Shown: one piece after another, positions 50,362 to 59,839 of the stretch
How the letters are laid out: every line of letters begins with the position of its first letter
Numbering within the stretch: position 1 is the stretch's first letter
Source: Verrucomicrobiota bacterium
Lineage (GTDB): Bacteria; Verrucomicrobiota; Verrucomicrobiia; Opitutales; Coraliomargaritaceae
Reading direction: 5' to 3'
Assembly: GCA_039815375.1 (NCBI GenBank)
Contig: JBCBZJ010000004.1
Span: forward strand, 64,001 to 128,000
Length of the DNA stretch: 64,000 bases
The notes under the pieces: generated by a model
Seen by the model: the letters and a program-made list of their open reading frames with translations, nothing else
The model's database searches: none
What the model was told of the DNA's origin: nothing
Made by a program: the position numbers and the translations under genes

Positions 50362-51177
50362 ATGAAGAAGAAAGAACTCCAAAAACTACCCAACAAATCA
50401 ATGATGCTTATCGCCGGTGTAGCATTCGTTGAGCTCGTAATCTGGGTCACCTATGCCTTTAACAAGCCGGAAGAGCCCACACCGGAAACGCCACCCATTG
50501 CACAGCAGCCCGTAGTCGTCGTCGAGCCGGTAGAACCCGCTCCTGTCGAACCGGAGCCAGTCGAGCCAACACCCATTCCGGAGCTAAGTTGGCAGGAATT
50601 CTCCTCCTTAAGAGAACTCTGGCCAGCTAGTGTCAATATCAGGGAAAATCAGATCGTTGAACTGCGCTTCCGCCAAAAATCTTTCGGGGAAATTTCTTTC
50701 ATGGCAGGCGATACGATCCAGGTAAGTAGCATTTCGAAAGATGGCTTCATCATCGGCCAGCTTAACCGGAGTGGCATCAAGGTTCAGTCGTATGTAACCA
50801 ATCTACAGAGCTGGTTTGATCAAAACCACGGCACAGAATACACGCTCTTGCCCGCAGAATCCGCCAATTTCCAAACGGACACCAATACAGAATTGCAGGC
50901 ACTTGATGTTGATGTGCTGACCGACTTGCGCATCTGGTGCGCCCAGAATTTCGATACACCAATGATCAAAATACTAGAGGACAAGGTTGTGCTCAAATGG
51001 AAACAAAAGGGACTTAATGGAATCGAACTGAAGCAGGAAGCCAACGCCATCGCGCGCGCCTACCTTCGGTTCAACAAGGAGCACGGCGGAGTCGACAACT
51101 TCGCCAATAGTGAGATTCACGACCCACAGACGGGGGCCCTCCTCGCTACAGGGAGTGCTTTCCACCCCGTGCTTTAA
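50362..51177 (+). CDS. Membrane-anchored hypothetical protein with Pro/Glu/Val-rich linker
   Basis: Single N-terminal TM, then (VEP)n linker and globular domains. Confidence 0.7.
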   Translation: MKKKELQKLPNKSMMLIAGVAFVELVIWVTYAFNKPEEPTPETPPIAQQPVVVVEPVEPAPVEPEPVEPTPIPELSWQEFSSLRELWPASVNIRENQIVELRFRQKSFGEISFMAGDTIQVSSISKDGFIIGQLNRSGIKVQSYVTNLQSWFDQNHGTEYTLLPAESANFQTDTNTELQALDVDVLTDLRIWCAQNFDTPMIKILEDKVVLKWKQKGLNGIELKQEANAIARAYLRFNKEHGGVDNFANSEIHDPQTGALLATGSAFHPVL

Positions 51178-51240
51178 AGAGGAGTTTACGGTTGCGGCAG
51201 AGCCCAAGCCTTCCAAATTCACGAACTTTTAGGGCTACCA

Positions 51241-53289
51241 ATGACGAACTCTGCCTCCATTCAGCTCAGCTATTGCGATTCCCGCTTGATCGCAAAGCGC
51301 CGGGTCTCACGCGAGATCAAGGTCGGGCATATCGGTGTCGGCGGCACCAACCCGATCCGAGTGCAGTCGATGACGACAACCAATACACAGGATGTCGAGG
51401 CCACCGTGAAGCAAACTCTCGCGCTTGCCGAAGTCGGGTGCGAGGTCGTTCGTATCACAGCACCCAACAAGAAGGCCGCAGAGGCCCTCGGAGAAATTTC
51501 AAAACAGGTCCGGGCCGCGAAATGTGATGTCCCCCTCGTAGCCGACATACATTTTCTGCCCTCCGCAGCCATGGAGGCCGCCAAGCACGTCGAGAAAGTC
51601 CGGATCAACCCCGGCAACTACGCCGACAAAAAGAAGTTTGCAGTCAAAGAATACAGCGATGCCGACTACGAAGCCGAGCTGGAGCGCCTGCACGAAGCGT
51701 TCACACCGATTGTTCTCCGTTGTAAGGAATTAGGCCGCGCCATGCGAATTGGCACCAACCACGGTTCTCTCTCGGACCGGGTCATGAATCGCTACGGCGA
51801 TTCGCCGCTCGGTATGGTGGAGAGTGCACTCGAGTTCATTCGCATCGCTGAAAGCCATGGCTTTCGGGACATCTGCCTCTCCATGAAAGCGAGCAACCCG
51901 AAGGTCATGATTGAGGCCTACCGCCTTGCGGTTGCCAGAATGAACCAGGAAGGCATGAACTATCCACTACATCTAGGCGTGACCGAAGCCGGCGATGGTG
52001 AAGATGCGCGAGTCAAAAGCGCTATCGGAATCGGAACGCTTCTCTACGATGGCCTCGGCGATACCATTCGCGTGTCACTCACCGAAGACCCCATTCACGA
52101 AGTTCCTGTGGCCAAGGACCTTGCCGATAAGGCCACGACTCTTTGGCAACGACAGGAAAGTCTGCAACTCGGCGAAACGACCCAAGACAGTATCGATCCT
52201 TTCGACTTCCGTAAGCGCCAGACCCGGGTCATTGAGCTGGGCCCCGACAGCAGCGTCGGAGGCGAAAACGTGCCGGCCGTCATTGTTAAACATCACCAGC
52301 CGGTTTCCGAACTGCAGAAAATTATCACCGATGTTTGCGGCACCCAAACTAAATTCAAGGATGCCAAAATCGAAGGACTTCAACTCATAATCGAAAACGC
52401 GGCGGACCTGGAGATATTCCAGAGTCTCCACGAAGCGCTCCACAGCGTAGTCAAGTGCTTCGTTCTCGAACTGCTCCATGTGGATCTTTCCGAGCTCGAA
52501 ACCTGCGAATGGCCGAAAGGACTGGCTAGCATAACGCTTCTTCAGCACATTGAAAAGGAGGACGCCTTCTACGCGGCAAGCCTCCTCCAGTTTTGCCGTA
52601 GTAAAGGCTTTAACCTCGCTATCGATTGCACACCCGAAGCACTGAACGAAGAGATCGGCATGCAACTCAAAGACATGGGCAGTGCGAATTTGATTTTAAC
52701 ATGTAGTGAGAAATCGGATACTGTGCACCCGATCGGCAACTACCGTGCACTTGTTGAAGCTGCCCGGGACTTCGTTCCTGACACACCGATTTGGATCCGC
52801 AACACGCCGGGCAATACGATCGCGCCGAAGGATTATTTTTCTGACCGCCTGCTCGAGAACAGCATCTTTAGTGGCGCACTTCTCTGCGATGGCATTGGCG
52901 ATCTCATTAGTATCGAAACCGAGCCGCTAACCGATAAGGCCACTACCCTTGCCTACAACATCCTTCAGGGCGCACGAGCCCGTATCTCCAAGACCGAGTT
53001 TGTGGCCTGCCCGAGCTGCGGCCGAACCCTCTTCGACTTGCAGGAAGTCACCCAGACCATCCGCGCCCGCACCGATCATCTCAAAGGTGTCACGATTGCG
53101 ATCATGGGCTGTATTGTAAACGGACCAGGCGAGATGGCTGATGCGGACTTTGGCTACGTCGGCGGAGCACCCGGAAAAATCAACTTATACGTCGGCAAAG
53201 AATGCGTGAAATATAACGTCCCTGCCCTCGAAGCCCTCGACCGCCTGATCGACCTGATCAAAGAGCACGGCAAGTGGGTGGAGGCTTAA
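51241..53289 (+). CDS. ispG: (E)-4-hydroxy-3-methylbut-2-enyl-diphosphate synthase, long three-domain form
   Basis: IRVQSMTTT, PLVADIHF, RINPGN, RIGTNHGSLS, PLHLGVTEAG, GDTIRVSLT, CPSCGR…MGCIVNGPGE. Confidence 0.97.
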   Translation: MTNSASIQLSYCDSRLIAKRRVSREIKVGHIGVGGTNPIRVQSMTTTNTQDVEATVKQTLALAEVGCEVVRITAPNKKAAEALGEISKQVRAAKCDVPLVADIHFLPSAAMEAAKHVEKVRINPGNYADKKKFAVKEYSDADYEAELERLHEAFTPIVLRCKELGRAMRIGTNHGSLSDRVMNRYGDSPLGMVESALEFIRIAESHGFRDICLSMKASNPKVMIEAYRLAVARMNQEGMNYPLHLGVTEAGDGEDARVKSAIGIGTLLYDGLGDTIRVSLTEDPIHEVPVAKDLADKATTLWQRQESLQLGETTQDSIDPFDFRKRQTRVIELGPDSSVGGENVPAVIVKHHQPVSELQKIITDVCGTQTKFKDAKIEGLQLIIENAADLEIFQSLHEALHSVVKCFVLELLHVDLSELETCEWPKGLASITLLQHIEKEDAFYAASLLQFCRSKGFNLAIDCTPEALNEEIGMQLKDMGSANLILTCSEKSDTVHPIGNYRALVEAARDFVPDTPIWIRNTPGNTIAPKDYFSDRLLENSIFSGALLCDGIGDLISIETEPLTDKATTLAYNILQGARARISKTEFVACPSCGRTLFDLQEVTQTIRARTDHLKGVTIAIMGCIVNGPGEMADADFGYVGGAPGKINLYVGKECVKYNVPALEALDRLIDLIKEHGKWVEA

Positions 53290-53349
53290 GCTGCAGCGAT
53301 TAAGTAGGCATGTGAACGAAAGTAGGACTGTCGCCCTTCAAAAAAAGCG

Positions 53350-55530
53350 CTAGCGAGCGCTGTCGCGGAACTTCTCCAACAACTTCATCGCGTCTTTGTT
53401 TTTAACCTCTGCGATGACCAGACTGCTACCTCTTTTATAAATATCCACCTCGACGCCGAGTTCTTTGGAAAGCTCCCTAGCCATTGGAAAATTGCTCTCA
53501 ACAAGTTCTGCGCTTCGATATTGGAATACCCGTCCAAGTTCCGGATTGATCTCGGAATTGTAGTAATCGAAGACATCCCCTTTCCCGGAAAGGAAATCTT
53601 TGAACTTCGTGTGTAGCTCTTCCGAGCCAAAGACCTCCATTAAGGCAATCCGGCCTAATTCATTCACCTCGGCGACATTCTGTTTGTATTTCTCAAGAGC
53701 CTCCAGTCGAGCGACCCGAGCGGCAACTACACCCGAAGCCGTCTGCAGCGCACTGTAAGGATCCTTGTCACGATGCGTCAAAGGACGGATCCCCAACGGA
53801 TCAAAGTTGCCCTGATTATTTCTCGTGTCGTGGATTCTTCCATCAATGATCTCTGCCTTGGCGACAAACATGTCCTTATCCTTCGTGAACCACACCTTCA
53901 GTTGCCCTGTAATTAGCATATCGACGCCATTGTCCGCACTTGAGGCTTCTACCAGTGCATCAACAGTTGCAGCGAAATCTTCATCGAATGCACCATCGAC
54001 ACCACGGTAGCCATCAAAGATGTCCATCGCTTTACCCTTTAAACGTCTGCTCAGCCCCTTGCCTTGAAAGCCTTCAGCTTTGTCAAACTCGGCAAGAACT
54101 TGATTCGCTATCTTCCGGTCGAATTGTTCGAGTTCGCTGAGAACCCCTTCCAGAGCGGCCGCGTCATCAGCACTTATTCTCGGTGGGAGAATTTGGAAGT
54201 AGGCAGCTACCTCATTTAGCTGCGTGCTCTTGCCGCCTGCAGTGCTATTCGTAACAGAAGAAGCCGAACCAAAAGTCACATTCGTATTCCTCAAAACAGG
54301 CTTACGGAGCTGCCCCCAAGTGGCTTGATCTTCGAAGACCCGCTGGAAAAGCTTCGCGGCAGCGAGGTAGAACTGAGACTCAGGATACCCGACAAAGATC
54401 TTCGGGATATGCACTCGATGTGCATTCATATACTGCTCTGCAATAGATGGAGTCGAGATATCGGCGACAGCGGCGAAGGTCACTTCGTTTAATCGAAGAC
54501 CTTTCTCCTGATGCCGCGCCATCGTTTTCAATGTAATGTCGATAGGATTTTGAACCTTGCCAAACCGATATCGCACCAAAGGACGACCGGCCTCGACAAA
54601 CGCATACTCATGATCCGCATCATCCGGCACGAATGCCATCGAACCCATTACCTCGACCGCGTAAATCGCTGCATTTTGGCGTTCTTCATCAATCTCGCTG
54701 GGGGGCAGCAAAGAAAAGCTGTTGGAGAATGCCGAGCTAGCGACCAATTCCACAAATCGTGCGAACCGCTCAATGTTTTGAATCCCATCCGAAAACGCAG
54801 GATCGATTGCGACCGAATTAATTCGCCCCGCATCCTGATAGGCAAAACCTTCATGCTCGACCGAGACAAAAGCCTGCTGGATGGAACGATTCTTCGTCTC
54901 GTCCTGCCGCATGACCGCTTCCAACTGTGAGAAAATCGAAATTGACCGTTCTCCTATCGAACCCTTCGGCTTCACCAGGATCGGCAAATGCGCCAACAAC
55001 TTTTGCGAACGAGTTGAAATGAAAAAGAGGTCAAAAAAGGCCCAGTTCGCATCCAACGAGAGCGACTCTCCATTGGGTAGTTCTGCAGAATCTGTAAAAT
55101 CATAGGAGCCCTGGTAATTCAGAAAAACCGTCACCCCGAGTTCCTCGTCAATCCGAACAATCTCCCTTTCTCCGCGATACTGTTGTTCCACTCGACTCAC
55201 CGAACTGTAATTGGAACGGTCCGATTTTAGATAGTCCCATGGGTCCTGAGGTCGCGCACGTTTGATGTCTTCAAAAAATCCGTCCACCATCCGGCCGATA
55301 CGGTCGGCCTCAGTCGTGATCTGTTTCAGAACAGCCCGGTCGAGATCGCTCATTTGGCTATCGCGAAGCGTCGTCGTTACACCCCCATAGGTGTAGAGGA
55401 CCGGCTTGCTTAACTGGGTATCAACGAGAGAAACCGCCGAAGGACTATCCGACGCAAAAATAGAGAATGGCATCCACAAAAATGCCAGAAATCCGAGAAG
55501 GTAAAAAGTCGTGCGTCGTTTCATAACCAT
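53350..55530 (-). CDS. Large exported hypothetical protein (726 aa)
   Basis: Signal peptide (MKRRTTFYLLGFLAFLWMPFSIFA); mixed alpha/beta; no family recognised. Confidence 0.75.
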   Translation of the reverse strand: MVMKRRTTFYLLGFLAFLWMPFSIFASDSPSAVSLVDTQLSKPVLYTYGGVTTTLRDSQMSDLDRAVLKQITTEADRIGRMVDGFFEDIKRARPQDPWDYLKSDRSNYSSVSRVEQQYRGEREIVRIDEELGVTVFLNYQGSYDFTDSAELPNGESLSLDANWAFFDLFFISTRSQKLLAHLPILVKPKGSIGERSISIFSQLEAVMRQDETKNRSIQQAFVSVEHEGFAYQDAGRINSVAIDPAFSDGIQNIERFARFVELVASSAFSNSFSLLPPSEIDEERQNAAIYAVEVMGSMAFVPDDADHEYAFVEAGRPLVRYRFGKVQNPIDITLKTMARHQEKGLRLNEVTFAAVADISTPSIAEQYMNAHRVHIPKIFVGYPESQFYLAAAKLFQRVFEDQATWGQLRKPVLRNTNVTFGSASSVTNSTAGGKSTQLNEVAAYFQILPPRISADDAAALEGVLSELEQFDRKIANQVLAEFDKAEGFQGKGLSRRLKGKAMDIFDGYRGVDGAFDEDFAATVDALVEASSADNGVDMLITGQLKVWFTKDKDMFVAKAEIIDGRIHDTRNNQGNFDPLGIRPLTHRDKDPYSALQTASGVVAARVARLEALEKYKQNVAEVNELGRIALMEVFGSEELHTKFKDFLSGKGDVFDYYNSEINPELGRVFQYRSAELVESNFPMARELSKELGVEVDIYKRGSSLVIAEVKNKDAMKLLEKFRDSAR

Positions 55531-55572
55531 TTCCTAATCATCACTTGCTTCATTCGATACTGGTAGATAGGC

Positions 55573-58416
55573 CTAAATCGTATCTTCACCGGGTGGAACG
55601 GAGGCTGACCACTCCTTGCTCATTTCAAGAATATTGATCAGGCCGTTAATACGCTGAGGCGCTTGCGCCAGCTCGGTCAGAAGTGTAACGGCATCGCGAT
55701 CAAACCAGGCTTTCTTATCAAGCGCATTCTCCAGAGCTTCGATACGCGCTTTGCTCTGAGCCATGAGTTCCTCTCCAAAGGAGGGGTCGAGAAGCTTCGC
55801 ATAAACCTTGAGCGAATCCAAAGCGAACTCTTCGATTTCATGCTCATCCTCAAGGTAACGAAGCAGCTCGGCATAATCAGATGTCAGCGCAGCGACCTCA
55901 CTTTCGATCGTCTCGACCTGCACGAACGAATTATCCAGCTCCCCGAAAGTCACGTCCAATCCAGTCGTAAAAGCGGGCCAGTCCTGAACCTTGGCAAAGG
56001 TTTTCGTCTGAATTTTCTGCAGTTCCTTTATTAGATCAGACTGACTGCTGTTTAACGCGTTTCCTGCCTTTCGTGCATCTGCAAACGGTCCCGAGCGCCC
56101 ATAGGAATTCTCGACGGGAACCTTTTTCCAAGCCTCACGAAGCTGACCCTCAAACAGGGACGCATCTGAAGGCTTCTTTTGAATCTGCTTGAGGAGCTTC
56201 GTGTAGAACTCGATTCCATTTTCGAGACGCGACGATTTCGAAACAACTGTAAACAGTTGTCCGTAGAGCTTCTCTTCACGCTGCAGTAGATCCTTGAGAT
56301 AAATTTCGCGGCGCGATTGAGCCGTCTCGACCGCCTGCCATAACATATCGAGATCGATCTCAAGGAGTGGCCACTTGTCATCGGGTCGGCTCGCCTCCCA
56401 ATCCGCCCAATTTGAAGCAAAGATCGCTTCGCGCGGTTCGGGGTCGGCAGTGCCGCGTGGCTTAACGATCGACAGCGCGATCTTCATTTTGCCAATATTT
56501 TCACCGAGCTTAACCAACGCCTTTCCACCGGAAGCAACCTTGGATTCAAAAGAGCGAGTTTTGCGGAATATCGATTTCATCGCGTCGTGTTCCGCATCAA
56601 GGTCCTCGGCAAAGGTGCCGATCTCCTCGGTCATCACCGCCAGCCCCGCCTCGTCTTCGATCACCTCCAGAAGAGCCATCACTTTTAACTGATCTTTTAG
56701 AAGATTTCGCCAGCCTTTGAGGCGGTCAATCTGCCCCTCGATCTTCTTGCGGTCTTCTTCCAAGCGAGATTCCAACTCAAGTGCTTTGGCTCCGATTAAG
56801 GCCCCCTCACTTTGAAAATATGTATCCAGTGTCAGAAAGGTCGCTGAATATTTCATACTTAAAGCGTCTTTTTTTGCGATTTTTAGAAGAGCTGTAATAC
56901 GGCTCCCAGCCGAACTCGCACGCGCCTCCAACTCCAAACTCAGTGCGCCGATTCGCTCGGCCGCTTCCTCCGCGTAAGCGATGTCGTAATACTCCAATTC
57001 ATTTTCTGAACCGCCTGCTGAGGCTTTTTTTCCGTCCAACAAATACAGCTCCTCTTCAAGCGTCTTGATGTAAGCGATATTCTGCCGAAGAAAGAAAGCA
57101 CACTCGTTTAAAAGGCCGACAAATTCACTCTTGATTGGGTAGATACTGGCCAGTTTCGCATCGGCTGCTTCGAGATTCGCAACGATAACGGGGTCGAGTT
57201 GACCGAGCTCGTCGCCGGCGATAAGCAACGTCTGCTCGACCGGTATCGTCTCGGCTTTCTCCTGCTCGAATTTTTGCGACTTTTCCTCCATTCCAGCCAT
57301 CAGGAGAAACATATCCGCAGACACCGTATCGTTTTCTACATCGAGGTCCTCAACTCCTTGAGCAATGCTTGATGCCTCATTCGCAATCTCTGCCTCAAGC
57401 GCTTCCGTATCTGCAATCGATTCTCTCAACCGAACCGACTTTTGGGTTGTGGCGACACGTCCACTACGGACGCGTGCATAAATCTGCTCCGTCTGAATCC
57501 GCGATTTCTTAAAGACGGGGACCTGCTCCGAATAGACCTCCATTGAGTCGTTCAGACGCTTCGCATTGACAATTGCTTCGTAAACCCTCGGGTCCTGCAT
57601 CACATCGTCGACCATGCGCTCCAGAAGTGCAATCTTCACCACCAGTTTGACCAATTCAGTTCTCAATTTCGCAGTGCTACGCCGGTAGAGCTGTTCCCCA
57701 TGCCGAAAGGCCCGTTTCGCCGCATCTGACTGGACTGCCATCTCGCTCGTTGCCTCAGTAAAAATCCTGTTCAGCGTTTCAAGTCGTGCAGCATACTTTT
57801 GTTTCAGCTCCGGATCCGCCTCAAAAGCGGCCGCGATCTGGCTCGTGACATCGCTAAACGCCTCTTCACTCTGGGCTAGAGCGCCAGCACTTTGTTCCAG
57901 CTTCAGAATCAGGTCCGGAAGTTCGTCTGCTGATTCCATCCGGGCAAATTCTGCAACCACTGCAGTCGAAGCTTCTTTAATCGTCAAATCCGTGAGGACT
58001 CCAGATAGCCTGACAGCTTCCACGTAATCCGCTAAAAGTTCCGAATAGAACTGATTCGATCGCATATAACTGTTCAAGCTTTCCAGCATCGTCGCTTGAG
58101 CACCTTTGATGTCCTGCTCGATCCCGTCGAGATTGTCCAAGGCAGTTAGAACGATATAAAGAATCTCATTACCACCCACGTCCCCTTCATTTGCAGTCGT
58201 CTGGATGGCCGCAGCCTTGCTCGAATCCGCGACCACTTGACCTTCGGTTGCAGGCTCTTCTGATTCCTTATCACCCTTGAATCCATCGGATATACTACTC
58301 CCCAGATCGCCAGCGCCCTTCATGATTTTGTCCCAAACCGCCAAACTCTCAGACGGCAGAAATACTATCGCTGAGATCGATAGTATTATAAGTATCAATT
58401 TTTCTATCTTACACAT
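55573..58416 (-). CDS. Large exported, predominantly alpha-helical/coiled-coil hypothetical protein (947 aa)
   Basis: Signal peptide ending SLA; A/E/L/K-rich heptad pattern throughout. Confidence 0.78.
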   Translation of the reverse strand: MCKIEKLILIILSISAIVFLPSESLAVWDKIMKGAGDLGSSISDGFKGDKESEEPATEGQVVADSSKAAAIQTTANEGDVGGNEILYIVLTALDNLDGIEQDIKGAQATMLESLNSYMRSNQFYSELLADYVEAVRLSGVLTDLTIKEASTAVVAEFARMESADELPDLILKLEQSAGALAQSEEAFSDVTSQIAAAFEADPELKQKYAARLETLNRIFTEATSEMAVQSDAAKRAFRHGEQLYRRSTAKLRTELVKLVVKIALLERMVDDVMQDPRVYEAIVNAKRLNDSMEVYSEQVPVFKKSRIQTEQIYARVRSGRVATTQKSVRLRESIADTEALEAEIANEASSIAQGVEDLDVENDTVSADMFLLMAGMEEKSQKFEQEKAETIPVEQTLLIAGDELGQLDPVIVANLEAADAKLASIYPIKSEFVGLLNECAFFLRQNIAYIKTLEEELYLLDGKKASAGGSENELEYYDIAYAEEAAERIGALSLELEARASSAGSRITALLKIAKKDALSMKYSATFLTLDTYFQSEGALIGAKALELESRLEEDRKKIEGQIDRLKGWRNLLKDQLKVMALLEVIEDEAGLAVMTEEIGTFAEDLDAEHDAMKSIFRKTRSFESKVASGGKALVKLGENIGKMKIALSIVKPRGTADPEPREAIFASNWADWEASRPDDKWPLLEIDLDMLWQAVETAQSRREIYLKDLLQREEKLYGQLFTVVSKSSRLENGIEFYTKLLKQIQKKPSDASLFEGQLREAWKKVPVENSYGRSGPFADARKAGNALNSSQSDLIKELQKIQTKTFAKVQDWPAFTTGLDVTFGELDNSFVQVETIESEVAALTSDYAELLRYLEDEHEIEEFALDSLKVYAKLLDPSFGEELMAQSKARIEALENALDKKAWFDRDAVTLLTELAQAPQRINGLINILEMSKEWSASVPPGEDTI

Positions 58417-58418
58417 GT

Positions 58419-59111
58419 TTAGTTCTTTAAGCTCTCGTTGACTAATTCTTGAATTCGGAACGAAAATGCTTCGAGAGCTTCCATTGCGTAGCTCCTATCA
58501 TCTCCGAAAGCATCAACTGGAATATCCTCGATCGATATCCTCTCCTCCCCTTCGACCTTACCAAACTTCCAGGCGACTCGCCCCGAGATGGTTTGAGTCG
58601 CGAAATTTCCGCTTCCCCGTCGAGTTCTTGGATGCGCGAGAGAAATCTCAACCCTCCCTGTTTGACCAAGCAAATCGTAGTAGCGCTGAAGCAGATTGCC
58701 CAGAAGCTCGGAACTTTTCTCCAACGAAGCCTCGCTCTCCGGCGCTGAATCTAAGGAAAGGACGTGAACACCGACTTCATCATCACTCTCATAAAACCAC
58801 TTGAGGCCCCAGCTCTCCGTTTTAGAGTCCCACTCTATTTCCAGAATAGAGAAGGAAACGACTGAAAACGTGGCTAACGTGAATCCGAGAATAGTGACCG
58901 AGTAGACGAGAAATTCTCTTCTTTCAAAATCGATGCCGAAAATCCTAATTTTATGCCTATTTGTAACTGCTGAACGGCTCCCGTATTCAGAATCAGAGTA
59001 TGGACCAGGAAGATTCTTATCATCAGAAGCTTCCTGTCCAACTTCTTGATTTAGCTTCTCTGAATCTTCAGGATTTTCGACCTTATCTTTATTTTCGTTG
59101 GCTTCTGTCAT
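58419..59111 (-). CDS. Single-TM hypothetical protein with acidic N-terminus and RRxFL motif
   Basis: ATG 59111; ERREFL followed by about 22 hydrophobic residues; 2 nt from the next gene's ATG. Confidence 0.72.
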   Translation of the reverse strand: MTEANENKDKVENPEDSEKLNQEVGQEASDDKNLPGPYSDSEYGSRSAVTNRHKIRIFGIDFERREFLVYSVTILGFTLATFSVVSFSILEIEWDSKTESWGLKWFYESDDEVGVHVLSLDSAPESEASLEKSSELLGNLLQRYYDLLGQTGRVEISLAHPRTRRGSGNFATQTISGRVAWKFGKVEGEERISIEDIPVDAFGDDRSYAMEALEAFSFRIQELVNESLKN

Positions 59112-59286
59112 ACTTCTAACTACGTTTGGTATGCCATAAAATGAACCAATCAAATCAATTTGTTAAAAAATTTTTACATAAATAAGTATAGGAAATTAAG
59201 AGTAACGAGGACATCCGAACATCCTTATATTTATCGCCTACCTAACGAGGATAGGATTAAAAGAATGTCCTTCGAAAAAATTGACT

Positions 59287-59733
59287 TTAAGTCGCATCAT
59301 CCAGCTGCTCATGAATTGCATCGAGCAGGCGAATACTGGCATTGAGGTCGTTGGAATCCGGCAGCCAACCAAGCCGCCGGATGTAGGCATTTTCAGCATC
59401 GGTCATTGATTGGACGAGTTTCTGGCCGCTGGCTGTGAGCGTAATCAGTCTCGAGCGTTTGTGCTCTGGGTTTTCTCGTGGCTCAAGATAGCCTTCGGCC
59501 TTCAGCTCATTAACCTGCGTCTGAATGATCTGACGGCTGATGTAGCGTGAGGCAGCCAATGCCGGTACGGTTTGAGGCCCGAGGCGGAAGATATCCATAA
59601 GCAAGGTCCGCTTTGGGGCACTGATGCCCACTTCCTCATGAATCTGGTCCGTGGCGTGGCGTAGGGAGTTATAGGTGCGCCGCACGGAGTTGGCGAGTTC
59701 GTGCATCTGTTCAAGAGAGGGTTGTGAGCTCAT
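59287..59733 (-). CDS. MarR-family transcriptional regulator
   Basis: GPQTVPALA…ISRQIIQTQVNEL…NPEHKRSRLITLTASG. Confidence 0.92.
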   Translation of the reverse strand: MSSQPSLEQMHELANSVRRTYNSLRHATDQIHEEVGISAPKRTLLMDIFRLGPQTVPALAASRYISRQIIQTQVNELKAEGYLEPRENPEHKRSRLITLTASGQKLVQSMTDAENAYIRRLGWLPDSNDLNASIRLLDAIHEQLDDAT

Positions 59734-59754
59734 CGCTCTATTCGAAATGACAGG

Positions 59755-59806
59755 ATTCTAAATGACAATAAAATTGTCATTTAGAATTTGACAACTTTAT
59801 TGTCAT
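59755..59806. promoter_or_regulatory. Two TGACAA-N5-TTGTCA operators between the divergent marR and aas genes
   Basis: Perfect 15-bp inverted repeat ATTCTAAATGACAAT-aaa-ATTGTCATTTAGAAT (59755-59787); second site TGACAA-cttta-TTGTCA (59789-59805) containing TTGACA. Confidence 0.8.
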
Positions 59807-59839
59807 AATATCAATAGAGACTAATTCCACACCAAACCC

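Noticed and set aside
51241..53289. Long internal insertion in IspG
   Set aside because: Known three-domain IspG type (plants, Chlamydiae, Bacteroidota and others), not novel.
55573..58416. SMC/chemoreceptor or alpha-pore-forming toxin identity for the 947-aa helical protein
   Set aside because: No Walker motifs, no MCP hairpin signature and no clear hydrophobic tongue; helicity alone does not support the call.
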